Source: Camelus ferus
Lineage: Eukaryota
Assembly: GCF_009834535.1 (NCBI RefSeq)
Contig: NC_045697.1
Coordinates: 17,610,001-17,674,000, forward strand
Direction of reading: 5' to 3'
Length of the DNA stretch: 64,000 nt
Positions within the stretch are counted from its first letter, which is position 1; each line of letters starts with the position of its first letter. Below, one piece after another: positions 1 to 10,992 of this stretch. A program made the translations under genes and the position numbers. The notes beneath the pieces were generated by a model. That model did not search any database. It worked only from the letters and a program-made list of their open reading frames with translations, and was not told the DNA's origin.

Positions 1-299
1 TCGTTTTGCTTATTGTCTGCTCAGAGCACCCCTACCAGAATTAAGATGACTATACTATTAATCATCCAAACCAAGACAATCTGGAGTGCGAAAGGGGCAC
101 TAAAACAAACCATGCCGGGACAAGAGGCGAAACCAACCCTGAGGTCACCCAAAGTCTGGTCACCCAAACTGCAATGCAAGGTCCACACCCTCAGGGATCT
201 GGGTCTGACTTTTTTCACCCTATGTCCCTAGTGTCTAATTAGCACAGGACACCCATGAGGTGTTCAATATTTACCGAGTCATGCTGGCTCCCAGCATGA

Positions 300-520
300 G
301 CTCTGAGTGGACTGCAGGACTTTGAACTCTGGCTCTGTCAACAATTACGTTATTCCCCTTGTGTAATTGACTTGCCTGCCACAGGCCTTGATTTCCTCAT
401 TTGTCTGATGGCCCCCACCTCCCATGGCTGTGTGAAGATTCAATGGGATCGTCCACAGTGTGATGCTGGGCACAAGGGCCGACACTCAAGAATGTGCACT
501 CAAAACTACTGGCTGCTATG
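300..520 (+). mobile_element. MIR SINE (representative; similar MIR pieces near 1020-1160, 9960-10160, 12960-13230, 17100-17400, 18920-19020, 22430-22600, 26510-26720, 33630-33780, 36430-36640, 45490-45640, 53460-53660)
   Basis: Core motifs TTTCCTCATTTGT / ACAGATGAGGAAA-TGAGGC / TGTGCCAGGCAC recur at these sites. Confidence 0.7.
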
Positions 521-1164
521 GTTATCACTTGTCACCCCAAGACTGTCTTAAGAAGGTGTCCAAAGCAGATGGTTAAGGCTCGGTCTACCCATCTCTTCAA
601 CATGACAACAGCAGAAGCTGCCTGGCATCTATAGGATGCCTGGCCACACCCGTCTGACCCTGAAATGGGCCCCTAGCCTGAGCCTGGCCTGGGAGAACTC
701 TCCTCTGGGACCAGGGAGCAGCTTTCTTCTAGTGGTCCAAGATGTGGCGTCTGCAGCTCTCATGTGGTCAGCAGCCACGCTTCCCATTCCACAGAGAAGA
801 CAGGTCCACAAAAAGAAATTACAGCTGACACAGAGAATGCTGAGGGCAGAGGAGAGACCTGGGGGCACCTGAGCCCTGGTGGCAGCTGGTCCTGAGGTCT
901 GGCTGCAATTCTGTCCCACTAGGTGGCTATTCAACCAACCTTTCTGAGGCCCTTTGAGCCAAGAACTTCCTCTTTGGCCCCAACTATTTCAAGCTGCCGA
1001 GTATAAATAAAAAGGGTCCCGGTGCTGAAGACTCTACCTGCATTATCTCATTTATTCCTTACAGCCACACTATATGGTGGGCACCATGTTTACTCCCACT
1101 TTGTGGATGAGAATGCTGAGACTCACACACCCAAAAGACTCTTCCCAAGGCCACACAATTAGTT

Positions 1165-1750
1165 TGGTGGGTGTCACTGCTCACTCCCGAATCCCTTCTA
1201 TCCTGGTGATTAAGACAGTTAATGTATAGTACCCCCTTGGTGAATGTTAGTAAGCCAGAAAGGGGAGCACATCCTATACTGGCCCAATCAGACCAGAGGG
1301 AAGGACTTATATTCCATGGCTGGGTGTTTTGCCTCTTCTGTTTGGGGAACCAGCCTTTAGAAGAAAGCTGATGTTAAGTTCAAGAGGAAGCTGACGTTAA
1401 AATTGGCGCAGCGATAGAGTCGTCAGATAAAATACAGGCTTCCCAGTTCCATCTGAATTGTAGATAAATAACCATTAATGTTTAAGCATAAGTATGCACT
1501 GAATATTGCATGGGACATACTCTTATACTTAAAAAGTATTCATTGTCTACCTGAAATTCAAATTCACCAGGGTATCCTGTATTTTTATTTGCCAAGTGTG
1601 GTACAGAGGGGAGAACAAGTCATGATGACTGTGCAGCATCTAAGGCCCGCACCACCTCTCAGCTTCTGGTTATGCGAGGGCATCGATCCCTTTATTGTTT
1701 AAGAAGTTTCGAACGTCTATCACTTGCACCCCAATCCTTCCTATGTCATG
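1165..1750 (+). mobile_element. LTR16-like old LTR hosting the MER53
   Basis: CTGGCCCAATCAGA motif and a 3' end CCCTTTATTGTTTAAG...TATCACTTGCA. Confidence 0.5.
1415..1603. mobile_element. MER53 palindromic hAT MITE
   Basis: Arms CAGATAAAATACAGG...TGAATT and AATTCA...CCTGTATTTTTATTTG are imperfect reverse complements. The centre AATATTGCATGGGACATAC and the ~190 bp length match recalled MER53. Confidence 0.85.
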
Positions 1751-2318
1751 CAGCAAGGCACTGGCTCTAACCCAGGCAGGAAGGATGCAGAGCCCAAGCT
1801 CACATCACCACACTAAATCCTAAAGGGACAGAAACTAAATGCCGTATTGAAAGCTACAAAGCCAGTGCTTAGGACATTGAACTCGGTTTTTTTTTTTTAG
1901 AGCTGTAAAAATGCAGCTTGACAGACTTACTGGAATTCATCAGATTCTCTCCAGTCAATGTAAATTTTTTATTAGAAAGTCACGGAAAGTGAATTCACTT
2001 ACACTGTAAAACTCCTTCATGAATACTAACAAATTCTAAAATCACCAAAGATGATGGCACAGAGCCACCCAAAAAACAAAAACAGCTAGCAATTCCAGAT
2101 GAAGGATCCCAATTGTTAAACATTTATGATAAATTTCCATGTCATTTTGTTTGGAAAAAGAAGACCATCGATTAGTTCCACAGAAAAATTTGACTTTAGA
2201 TCAAAACTCGAGCATAACAAAATAATCAAACAGAATAGGAAGGGAATGTGGGAGTGAGTAGAACTGAATGACTGAAAGGGTAACCACAGGACCAAGTTGC
2301 TGTTTAAGGGTAAATGTC

Positions 2319-2338
2319 GTGTGTGTGTGTGTGTGTGT
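2319..2338. repeat. (GT)10 microsatellite
   Basis: Read directly. Confidence 0.95.
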
Positions 2339-2699
2339 CTGGGACATAGTTTACTCAGCATCAAAAATCACAAGGTAATGGATCTAAGGAGTTTATATGC
2401 TGTGCCAAGTATGTGATCAATGAACAAAAACAGGTTGTTGAGTTAGCCATTACAGCTATGAAGCCAGCAACAATTCCTGTATCTACCAGTGTTGAAGCCC
2501 TGCTCTGGTGCAGAGGCTTTTCCACAACATGGAACACGCAGGGCTGACATCACCATCTTCCAGGCTCCCTTCAACCCCTAAAAGTCTACAAGCTACATCA
2601 GTATAGAACAACTGTGAAGTTGAGGAAAGCTGCAACAAAGGTACCTTTGGAAAAAGCAATTATATACATGTGTGTGTATATATGTATATGTATATATGC

Positions 2700-3170
2700 A
2701 TGCAACTGGATTAAAAAAATTAAACGTACAATATTCCTGGATGTAATGTTATGGAAATGTTTACTGTTCTAAAATTAATCTATAAATTTAACAGAATCCC
2801 AATCAAAATATCAACAGGTTGGGTTTTTTTTTTTTTTTTTTTTTGCAGGGAGTGGGATCAGGGGAAGACTTGATAAAATATTTGTTAGTTATATCTGAAA
2901 AAAGTAATAAGAAACATCTGAAAAGAAAGAGCAAGGGGAAGGAGTCTAGCTCAAACAGGTATTAAAAGTATTATAAAGTATAAGCAGAATAATGTGGTAC
3001 AATCATAGGACGAAACAGGGAGCTCAGTGGACAGAACAAAAAGTCCAGAAACAGATTCATATACATATATATACGCACACACATATGAGTGTGTGTTCAT
3101 TGATAAAAGTGGGCATCTAAAATCTGTGGGGAGAAAATGAATTCATCAATAAGCAATGTTGGTTACCATT
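2700..3170 (+). mobile_element. Old L1ME-like ORF2 remnant
   Basis: AAATTAATCTATAAATTTAACAGAATCCCAATCAAAAT...AAAGTCCAGAAACAGA...ATTCATCAATAAGCAATGTTGG. Heavily decayed. Confidence 0.7.
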
Positions 3171-3570
3171 TAGGAGAAAAGACATAAATGGCTCAGGAGT
3201 TTTGCTGGTAAGATGGCTTTTAAAAGTCTGAAGTGGCAGAAGTGACTGGCAGAACAGTGTCCACCCACGAAACGGTAAGCTGAAGTCCTACAGCCTCGAG
3301 CTCTCAGCTTGTGGTTTCCCCACAGAATTCCCAACAAGAAAGGGAACGCAGTCAAGCGGTGTGCCCTCCTCCGCTGTGTTGGACTTCACTGGGTTCCCTT
3401 CATCCCAGCCCATCCCATTTCTCTACCACCCACTCCCCCAAGTAATACAAAAGGATTCTGGGAAATTAAAAGATTTCTCTACCCATTTTGGGGTTCCCTG
3501 ATTCCCCAGTTGTTGTAAGGCATCAATACAAACATCCTGAGAGCTCTCAAAGATCAGAAATAAGTCTTAC

Positions 3571-3609
3571 CTGTTTCCTCTTTTCAGGGGGAAGTGATGG
3601 ATCGCCATC
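3571..3609 (-). CDS. CCDC149: CCDC149 exon 3, 39-nt micro-exon (DGDPSLPPEKRKQ)
   Basis: Acceptor ttgatttctttgtag|GAT and donor CAG|gtaaga. 13 codons continuing exon 2 in frame. Too short to appear in the ORF track. Confidence 0.93.
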
Positions 3610-3985
3610 CTACAAAGAAATCAATGTTACATTAAAAAAAAATTAGGTGTGCTTAGATTCAAAGAATGGAAGCAAACTATGAATTAAATTTAGACCCTCC
3701 CCTCCCGCACCCCCTGCAGCTAGTAATGTGTTGAACCAAACTCTAATATACTTGAAAACATTTTAACTCTAAACTGAACCAGAGTTATTTTGGGAAAACC
3801 TCTAAGGAATCAATTTCCAGTTAGGACCAAATCTATGTATTTTCTAAAACTATGTGAGCCAAATAAATAAATAAACTAGATTTATCAAAATTACTTTTGA
3901 GCAGAGCCTAAGCTGAAATAATATTTCATTTGGTTTGAGTTGGGTTCCTCTTTTTAATAGTTAGATCCAAAGAAATACTACTGGA

Positions 3986-4418
3986 CACACCCCCACACAC
4001 AAGCGTACACCTACCCACACACAAGCAGACACACCCCCACACACAAACTCACACACCTCCACACACATGCCCCCCCACACAAACACACACCCACACACAC
4101 AAACACACATACACCCACATACAAGCAGACACACCCCCCACACACACCCACACACACACACACACACAAGCACACACCCACACACAAGCGTACACACACC
4201 CACACACGAGCAGATACACCCACACACACACAACCCCCCCACACAAACACACACACCCACAGACAAGCAGACACACCCCTACACACACACACAAACACAC
4301 ATACACCCACATACAAGCAGACACACACCCACAAACACACACACCCACATACACAAATACACCCCCCCACACACACACAAGCAGACACACACCCACACAC
4401 AAACGCACACACACACAC
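3986..4418. repeat. Compound (CA)n-rich tandem repeat with higher-order structure
   Basis: CA runs punctuated by CCC, AAAC and AAGCAGAC motifs over ~430 bp. Confidence 0.97.
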
Positions 4419-5019
4419 TTGAGGTTTCTCTATGTGCAGAACAATTTGGGGATGGGGTAGGGATAAGATATGCTCAAAATTAAGGAAAATTAACTGGGAG
4501 CTGCTAGTCCTATCCGAGTTTTTGTCTTAAAAAGATTCAGTTCCTCTCCATCGTGTGTCACCTGGGAGTACATAAATACCTCAGGTGGATGATAAACGCT
4601 CAGAAACTGAGCGCTCCTCTATCTGACGGCGTTTACGTATGTCAGCACGATTTTAACCTGAGGAATCTTCTACTGGATTTCTATTCCAGGACAGTTCAGT
4701 GACCCCAGCACAGACAGTTAAACGTAAGCAGTAGTGTCAGCACTTAAACAAGAGGCAGCATCCGTGAGGAAAAAAGAAGCAAGGACGCAAAATAGCACCA
4801 GGCAGTTGGGATCCTCCAGTATAATTTGCATCCTTAAAGATCTTGCCATCTGAAAACTAGAGAAAATCGAATTGCCCAGGAAGGGGAAAGGTTTAAAAAT
4901 TACGGAAATATTACTATGCAACTGCTTTTTAAATTGAGTTAAATCTCTATGTACGGCCTAGGGAGATGTCCAAAACAAAGTGCTGAGTGAAAAGAGCAAG
5001 TTGTAGAACAACATTTATA

Positions 5020-5255
5020 TAATGCTGTCCAATAGAACTCTCTGCAATGAGGGGAATGTCCTAAACTAACTGTCCAACATAGCAGCCGCCACGGAAATGT
5101 TCTGTTATCAACACAACCCCAGACGGTTGCCACCAGCCATCTATGGCGACTGAGTGAATAAGTGAGACTGAGTGTTCAGTTTTATTTAATTCTTACTAAT
5201 TTAAAATGAAATTTAAATAACCGCATGCAGCTAGTGGCTTCTGTACTAGTGCGGA
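5020..5255 (+). mobile_element. MER3 (hAT-Charlie) MITE
   Basis: GCTGTCCAATAGAACTCTCTGCAATGA...TTTTATTTAATT...TTTAAATAACCGCATGCAGCTAGTGGCT. Confidence 0.8.
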
Positions 5256-5542
5256 TTTAGAATACAAATCCTCTCTAAAAACTCCGTATAATTAATTAAC
5301 AAGTCAACAGGCATACAAACACATCCGGATACGTGTGTATGTTCACAGGCACCAGAGCAAGCAGCCTATCAACTAGGGAGTGGGTTGGACTCTGGAGGAA
5401 ACAAGGGTGAGGATTTTCACTTCTTAATTTTTCCGCTTTGGAACTGTTCTAAACCAATCTTCTTTTGAAGAAGCCGCGTGAACAAGGCTCCTCCTTCTAT
5501 CTGGAGGAGGGAACAGGGGCGTCACCATGACATCGTACATAC

Positions 5543-5704
5543 GATCAGCTCGCGGTACTTCTTCTTCAGGGACTGGTGGCGCTCCCGAAGCTGATTGGCC
5601 ATGAGCTTGTACTGGTCCCTTTCCTGCTGGCATGTGTCCAGCTCCTTGGAGAGGATCAGCAGGGCTTCCTTCTTACTCTCCAGCTTCCTTTTGCACACCA
5701 GGTA
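5543..5704 (-). CDS. CCDC149: CCDC149 exon 2, 162 nt (YLVCKRKLESKKEALLILSKELDTCQQERDQYKLMANQLRERHQSLKKKYRELI), coiled-coil
   Basis: Acceptor ctgtttgtcctgcag|TAC and donor ATC|gtatgt. 54 codons, phase 0/0, with heptad-like composition. Contains an internal ATG at 5602 (MANQLRERHQ...), which I recall as the start of the shorter annotated isoform. Confidence 0.95.
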
Positions 5705-8124
5705 CTGCAGGACAAACAGAGGCACACTACGGCTCAGAAACGTCAACAGGTCCCCTCTGTTTCACACGCGCTGGAGTTCACACAGCCAGCGGGGCTGGTT
5801 TTGTTTCATTTTATTGCCTTTTTCATTTTCAGAGGTCATATACCCAGAGACATTTGTCAGTCAATGACATATGAGCCCAAAGGCTGCTACAGTATCTGGT
5901 ATATTCATCTCATGACAGAACCAAGACCTTGGATGTTCATGAACTTTGGCCAACTGGGAAAGGGAAAATACCTTAACTGATGAATAAGTTAAAAAGCAGA
6001 ATCCTTTTAAACAATTACAGAGATAAAGAAATAAATTGATAGACCCCAAATTTTGTTTAAAAAGGGATCTATACATCCAGATAAGATTACATAAAATTCT
6101 GTTAAATTTTTATCAAACGATATGATGCAGAAAGATTTAATAAACATTTTGTATATTACTAACAGTTACCTCTTGGTAGCAAAATTATTTGCATTTTTTT
6201 TAATGTTTTATACTTGTCAGTGTTTTCTAAATTTTTTAGAATAAGCCTATGGTGGCTTCTATAATTAAAAAAAATACCAACCATATAATAAAAAATAATT
6301 TAATTGAGCCATAAATCACTGCTATAGATTGCACCTGCCCATGCAACCCAGCAGACATTTTCTCACTTGAGAATTTTTATCCACTAAACTCGGTCAAGAT
6401 GTGTACATCTTCTGTGATTCCAGTGAAGACACCCACCACCAGAGACCAATTTTCTGAGCTAAGTATTTTAGCCGCACTCTGAATTATCCCCCCAAAGTCA
6501 GGTGTACCTTGCTGGAACTCTTCCTCAGAGTCAACAGGATATCTTTGTCCCTCCTTCTTCCCACCGCCCCTGCCCCCAATGTGACCCACCCTCCCCTGAC
6601 AATCACCCATCACGTGGGTCAGCGTGAGCCCGACTGGGACTCTGTACTTTTATTGGCTCTATTGCACCGTCTGGTGTTATTCACATATGTGAAATGTGGC
6701 ACTAAATACCTTTTGAATTTGCCCCGTAAAAGACCAAATTCAGAGCATTCATGAAAACAATTTATAGTTTCATTATCCACTCTGACATGAGCACTTTGTC
6801 ATTATGGACGCTCACACAAAGCAGAGACAGGATCAGCACTCCCATACCATTCGAGTCAATGCTCTTTTATGGACAAAAAGCATTACTCATATATAGTGCT
6901 TGCTTGGAACTGACTTTGTTAAGTTCAATTTTAAATAAATGAAAGGGGAAAAAAGAGAGTTTTGTGCATTAGCACAATTTTTTTTCTTAAAAAAAAAGTA
7001 ATTGCTTAGCTTCAAAAACAAAGGAGAAAGAAAAAGCCATTCTGAGACAGATTTGAGTTCTAAGAGAGGACACTTCCACCTTGCATGAATCTTATTTCTG
7101 GCAGTAATGAGGTTGGAATCTTGCCTTAAAACGTCCTGGATTTTAAGACTTTGACACAGTCTTCGTGGAGGAAAACGGTTCTGTTGCCACAGTGATTTCT
7201 CAAGAGTAAAATCCCCAATGAGTAAATATCAGAGGAGAGTAGCTCAAAAATCTGAACTGCAATGTCCTAAGGGAGGTATTGAGACTTCACAGGAAAAAAT
7301 GCCATTTACACACAGTTTAACAGATCTGCCCTTGTACCTTCAGGTCTTTGCCCATGATCCACCTCGGTCAGCAGGGCTATTGGTATGGGTGGCGCAAAGA
7401 CGGCCACTTTTGTCCCTTCAATTTATCAGATCGAAATCTGAGGCCCCAAAGATATTCCGTGTCTTCTGACTTCGGGGAAGAAAATTGCAGTCATGTGGAG
7501 ATGTTGTAACGTGGGGCCGGCAAGATCAGAGTCACATCCAGTCTACTAGAAGGGGACAGGTAAGAGCCACCACGTACTGGCAGAGTGGAATCCCTGACCT
7601 TGAACTGCAATCTGTTAGGGTCCAAGAGAGAACCCATTTTTCTCTGATAGCAGGTCCAAATAGGGCCTTGGAAGCTGTGAAAAGGTCAGTAATGGGCCTC
7701 CATTCCCTCTGGGTCTAAGATTCCTGGTAGAAAACAGGCAGAGAAGACTCTGCTAAGACCCAGGGACCCAGGTTTTGGGGAAGAGAAATGTTGCTGTTCG
7801 GCTCTCCTTGGGGCATGGAAAACGGGACAACGAGAAGCTGCCTCAAAGGATAAGAAACTCATTCTGTAAAGAAGATGAAGCTACACCAAAAAAAGGGTGG
7901 TCTTCAGAGAGTCACTGCTGGGCTGTTCTTTCTTCTGCTTACTACGGCCTAGAACAGGGAATTTCAAATGCGTTATTCCATGTCATTTATTTTTATCAGT
8001 GGAACACACCTTAGGCTAAAACCTCATTTATAAAACAGCTCAAAGTGGTGCTGTTCTGGCTAAAGGCGGGACACCTCCTATACGGTCCTGCCACTCTGGT
8101 GTGGCAGCATCAACCAGGAACCCT

Positions 8125-8320
8125 GCTCTACATCACCCTGGAAAGCACCCTGCTTGTTTGTGAAAATGCAGATTCTTGGGCCCCAGCTCAGACTGCTCAC
8201 CCCTAGCCCACACACTGCCTGAACCATCAGTCTCTGGTGGCTGGCTCCGAAATCTGCACTGTTAGCACAGGGCAGAGGCTCATTCTTACCCCATCTATAC
8301 TTTGAAAACCCAGGCTCTGG
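8125..8320. mobile_element. MER5-type hAT-Charlie MITE
   Basis: GAAAATGCAGATTCTTGGGCCCCAG...AAATCTGCACTGTTAGC...TTTGAAAACCC. Confidence 0.7.
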
Positions 8321-9381
8321 AGGCCTCCAGCTTCAAAGAGTCTTAAAAGTTAGAAACAACTAAAATAATCTGGAGGGACTGAAAGGCCAGCGGCAGCCTA
8401 GAGGTTCAGGGCCGGGCTCAGTCTCAGAGCCAGTCCAGGGTTGTCTGTGCCACTTCTTGTAGCAGGAGGGGTTCTGAACATGTACAAGCACCGACTATAT
8501 TTTACCATCTGGCTAAAGATCCTACATACGCAGTCTCATTAAAATATCAGTAGGAAACTCTGGGAGGTGTGCGTGTGTGTAACTGGGGAACAGGATGGAA
8601 TTTCTTGTTCTTATTCTAAAATAGTGGTAGTTAAGTCCCTGTGGTGGCAACTGTTCAACTGTCCCATTTCCTATCCCTCCAATTGGTAACAAACAACAAC
8701 AAAAAAAAACTCGAAGGAAAGAAAAAGGTGCTGAAGAGCCTCCTCCATTGGCAGCTCTGAACAACCAGCGAGTGCCTGGACCAGCCTCAGCCTTAGGAGG
8801 GAGCAGAAATAGAACAGAAAGTGAGACAAGCCAAGTGACTGTGCTTGGGGTGTTTCTGCTTCTAGAGGAGGATGAATAAGTGCAGACGATGGAGTAGGCG
8901 CGGCAGAAAATCACCAAGCAGAGTCAGGAGGCCTCCGTCCAGATGCAGGGCTAGCCATGGGCTCATCATGAACGGGCGGAACCCTGGGAAAGCCACGGGA
9001 TGCAAGGAACAAAACACTGCCTGGACCTCAGATTACACACTTGGAAAATGAGTGGGTTCCCGGGGTGCCCTCCAGCTTGAGGAAACCACGATTTTAACAT
9101 CCCATCCAATATCACTGGGATGCTGGGTGCCGGGGAAAACGCTAGGGGGAGGGGCTCCAGTGAGGGAGGTATGAGTCACTTCGAGCACCCAGAAATTGCT
9201 TCCTCTGCCTGGTCTAGGGTAGAGCCGGCTCAATGATTTTTAAAGGTCACCTGCAGCAGTGGCAGTTCAGAATCTCCAGACAGCGATGGCTTCAGGACAG
9301 CCACCTGGTTGGAAAGGGGGCTGGGGCTGAGGCTGTGTTTGCAATGACAATTTACAACAGAGTGAGAAAAGGCTAGATGTC

Positions 9382-9828
9382 TGTGTGGTCAACATTAGTG
9401 CCTCTCCTCAGTATTTCCAGGTCTCCTTTCCTTCCAGGCACTTGGTAGGACTATCCCTCCCCATTGCTTTGGAGTAAGGCAGAGCCATGTGACTTGCATT
9501 AATCCAGTAAAAGGGGACTGGAAGGGATGTGAGTCACTTCTGGGATAGAAGCTCCTAGGAGTCAAGGTATGAATTGCCAAGCTTTCTCCTTTCCTACTGT
9601 AACATCTGGGGAGGCATGTGTTGCTCTGGAGGTGCAGTAAGAACAAAACAGCCCAGAGTGTAGAGTTGACATGACTAGACAGTTGCCCTGAAGAGTCATT
9701 TGGATCCACAGAAATTTGCATGACTCAGAAATAAAATTTTGTACAGGTGCAAAGGTACCTTTGGTAAGGTACAAAGACTTACGGGGTGTTTGTTACCAGA
9801 GCATAACTTAGCCTATCCTGACTAATAC
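9382..9828 (+). mobile_element. Old MLT1-type LTR
   Basis: GCCATGTGACTTGCATTAATCCAG...GAAATAAAATTTTGT...TTTGTTACCAGAGCATAACTTAGCCTATCCTGACTAATACA. Confidence 0.75.
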
Positions 9829-10687
9829 AATCCATAGCAAAGAATGTGAGGATAGGGACACTGGTGGAGACCATATCTGCCCCTGCTCTGTGCTTCTGCT
9901 CAGTTGCCACCATGATGAAGAAGATTAACATCATCACCATTATTATTACTAGTAACAACAACAAAAACCAAAGGTGAGTGGCAAATGCTTTCCATCTATG
10001 AGCTCCTTTAATCCTCACAGCAACACAAGGAGGTTACTGTGTTATTATCATGGACATTTTCTACATGAGAAAATGACTGCTTAAATTGAAGAGTTTATAT
10101 ATAACATGCCAAGGGTTTGGCAGAGCCAGAATTTGAACACAGAGTTTGGTACAGCCAAGCCTTGGAACCCCAATTCCTGACAAATGAAGCCTTCTGTGAG
10201 AAAAAAAATCAGAATATTCCTGGACTCAGTTACTACATCCAGTTGGTATTTTCAGCATAAGGAAGCTAAGAAAGGGGAATTTTGAATTTGTCTACTTTTT
10301 ATACCTAGAATTTCTTTAACCATCGTCTTCTAAAACTAGTGGATCTGCCTCCTCTTTTCTCAGAGCAAGGCCTGAAGGAAGAAGGAAAGAAACCAAAGAA
10401 TCCACAAGCATCTCCCCTCTACTCCTCGTAAGGGACAAGTAGAGGCAATAAGCTTTCCATCCACTTAAAAGAAATGGGGTAAAACTAGAGGCTGTTTTTG
10501 CAAAAGCAGCTTGGTCGTAACAAGAGTTTTCTATAAGCTGTAGTCGATCTCGATCATTCATTCAACAAATATTTTCTGGGTGCCCTCCGTGTGTTAGGCA
10601 CTGAGCCAAGCATTTGGTCTCCTAAACAGATAAATGGTCCTAGGGATTCTGAAATGGAAAACACGATATCTGGATAACAAAAACGTT

Positions 10688-10992
10688 ATTTCCACAATTC
10701 CTTATGGGTTTTTCTGAAACCCTAAAAGTTTTGAAAATTAAAAATGCGTTCACATCTCGTTAGTGACCTCAGGTGAGATGAGGATTTTTACCAGTCTTTG
10801 TGCCACAGACTGTGAATATTCATGCATTTGCTGAAGACAAATCAATGTGTTTGATTACCAGCTGCTGCCCACAACTCTACGGGGGACGGTACAGAATACA
10901 CCGTACTCTTACTGCATTTCCTTTCAGATGCCGAAGACTCCTGCATCCGAAACACATCTGGAGCCTGAGGATTTTGAATAGGGAACTTGATT
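10688..10992. mobile_element. Old DNA transposon remnant (Tigger-like)
   Basis: Ends CCACAATTCCTTAT and TTTGAATAGGGAACTTG are weakly inverted. Internal CCGAAACACATCTGG motif. Subfamily uncertain. Confidence 0.45.

Noticed and set aside
3961..4483. Four Cys/Val- or His/Thr-rich ORFs of 101-138 aa
   Set aside because: These are translations of the (CA)n/(TG)n repeat, open only because it lacks stop codons.
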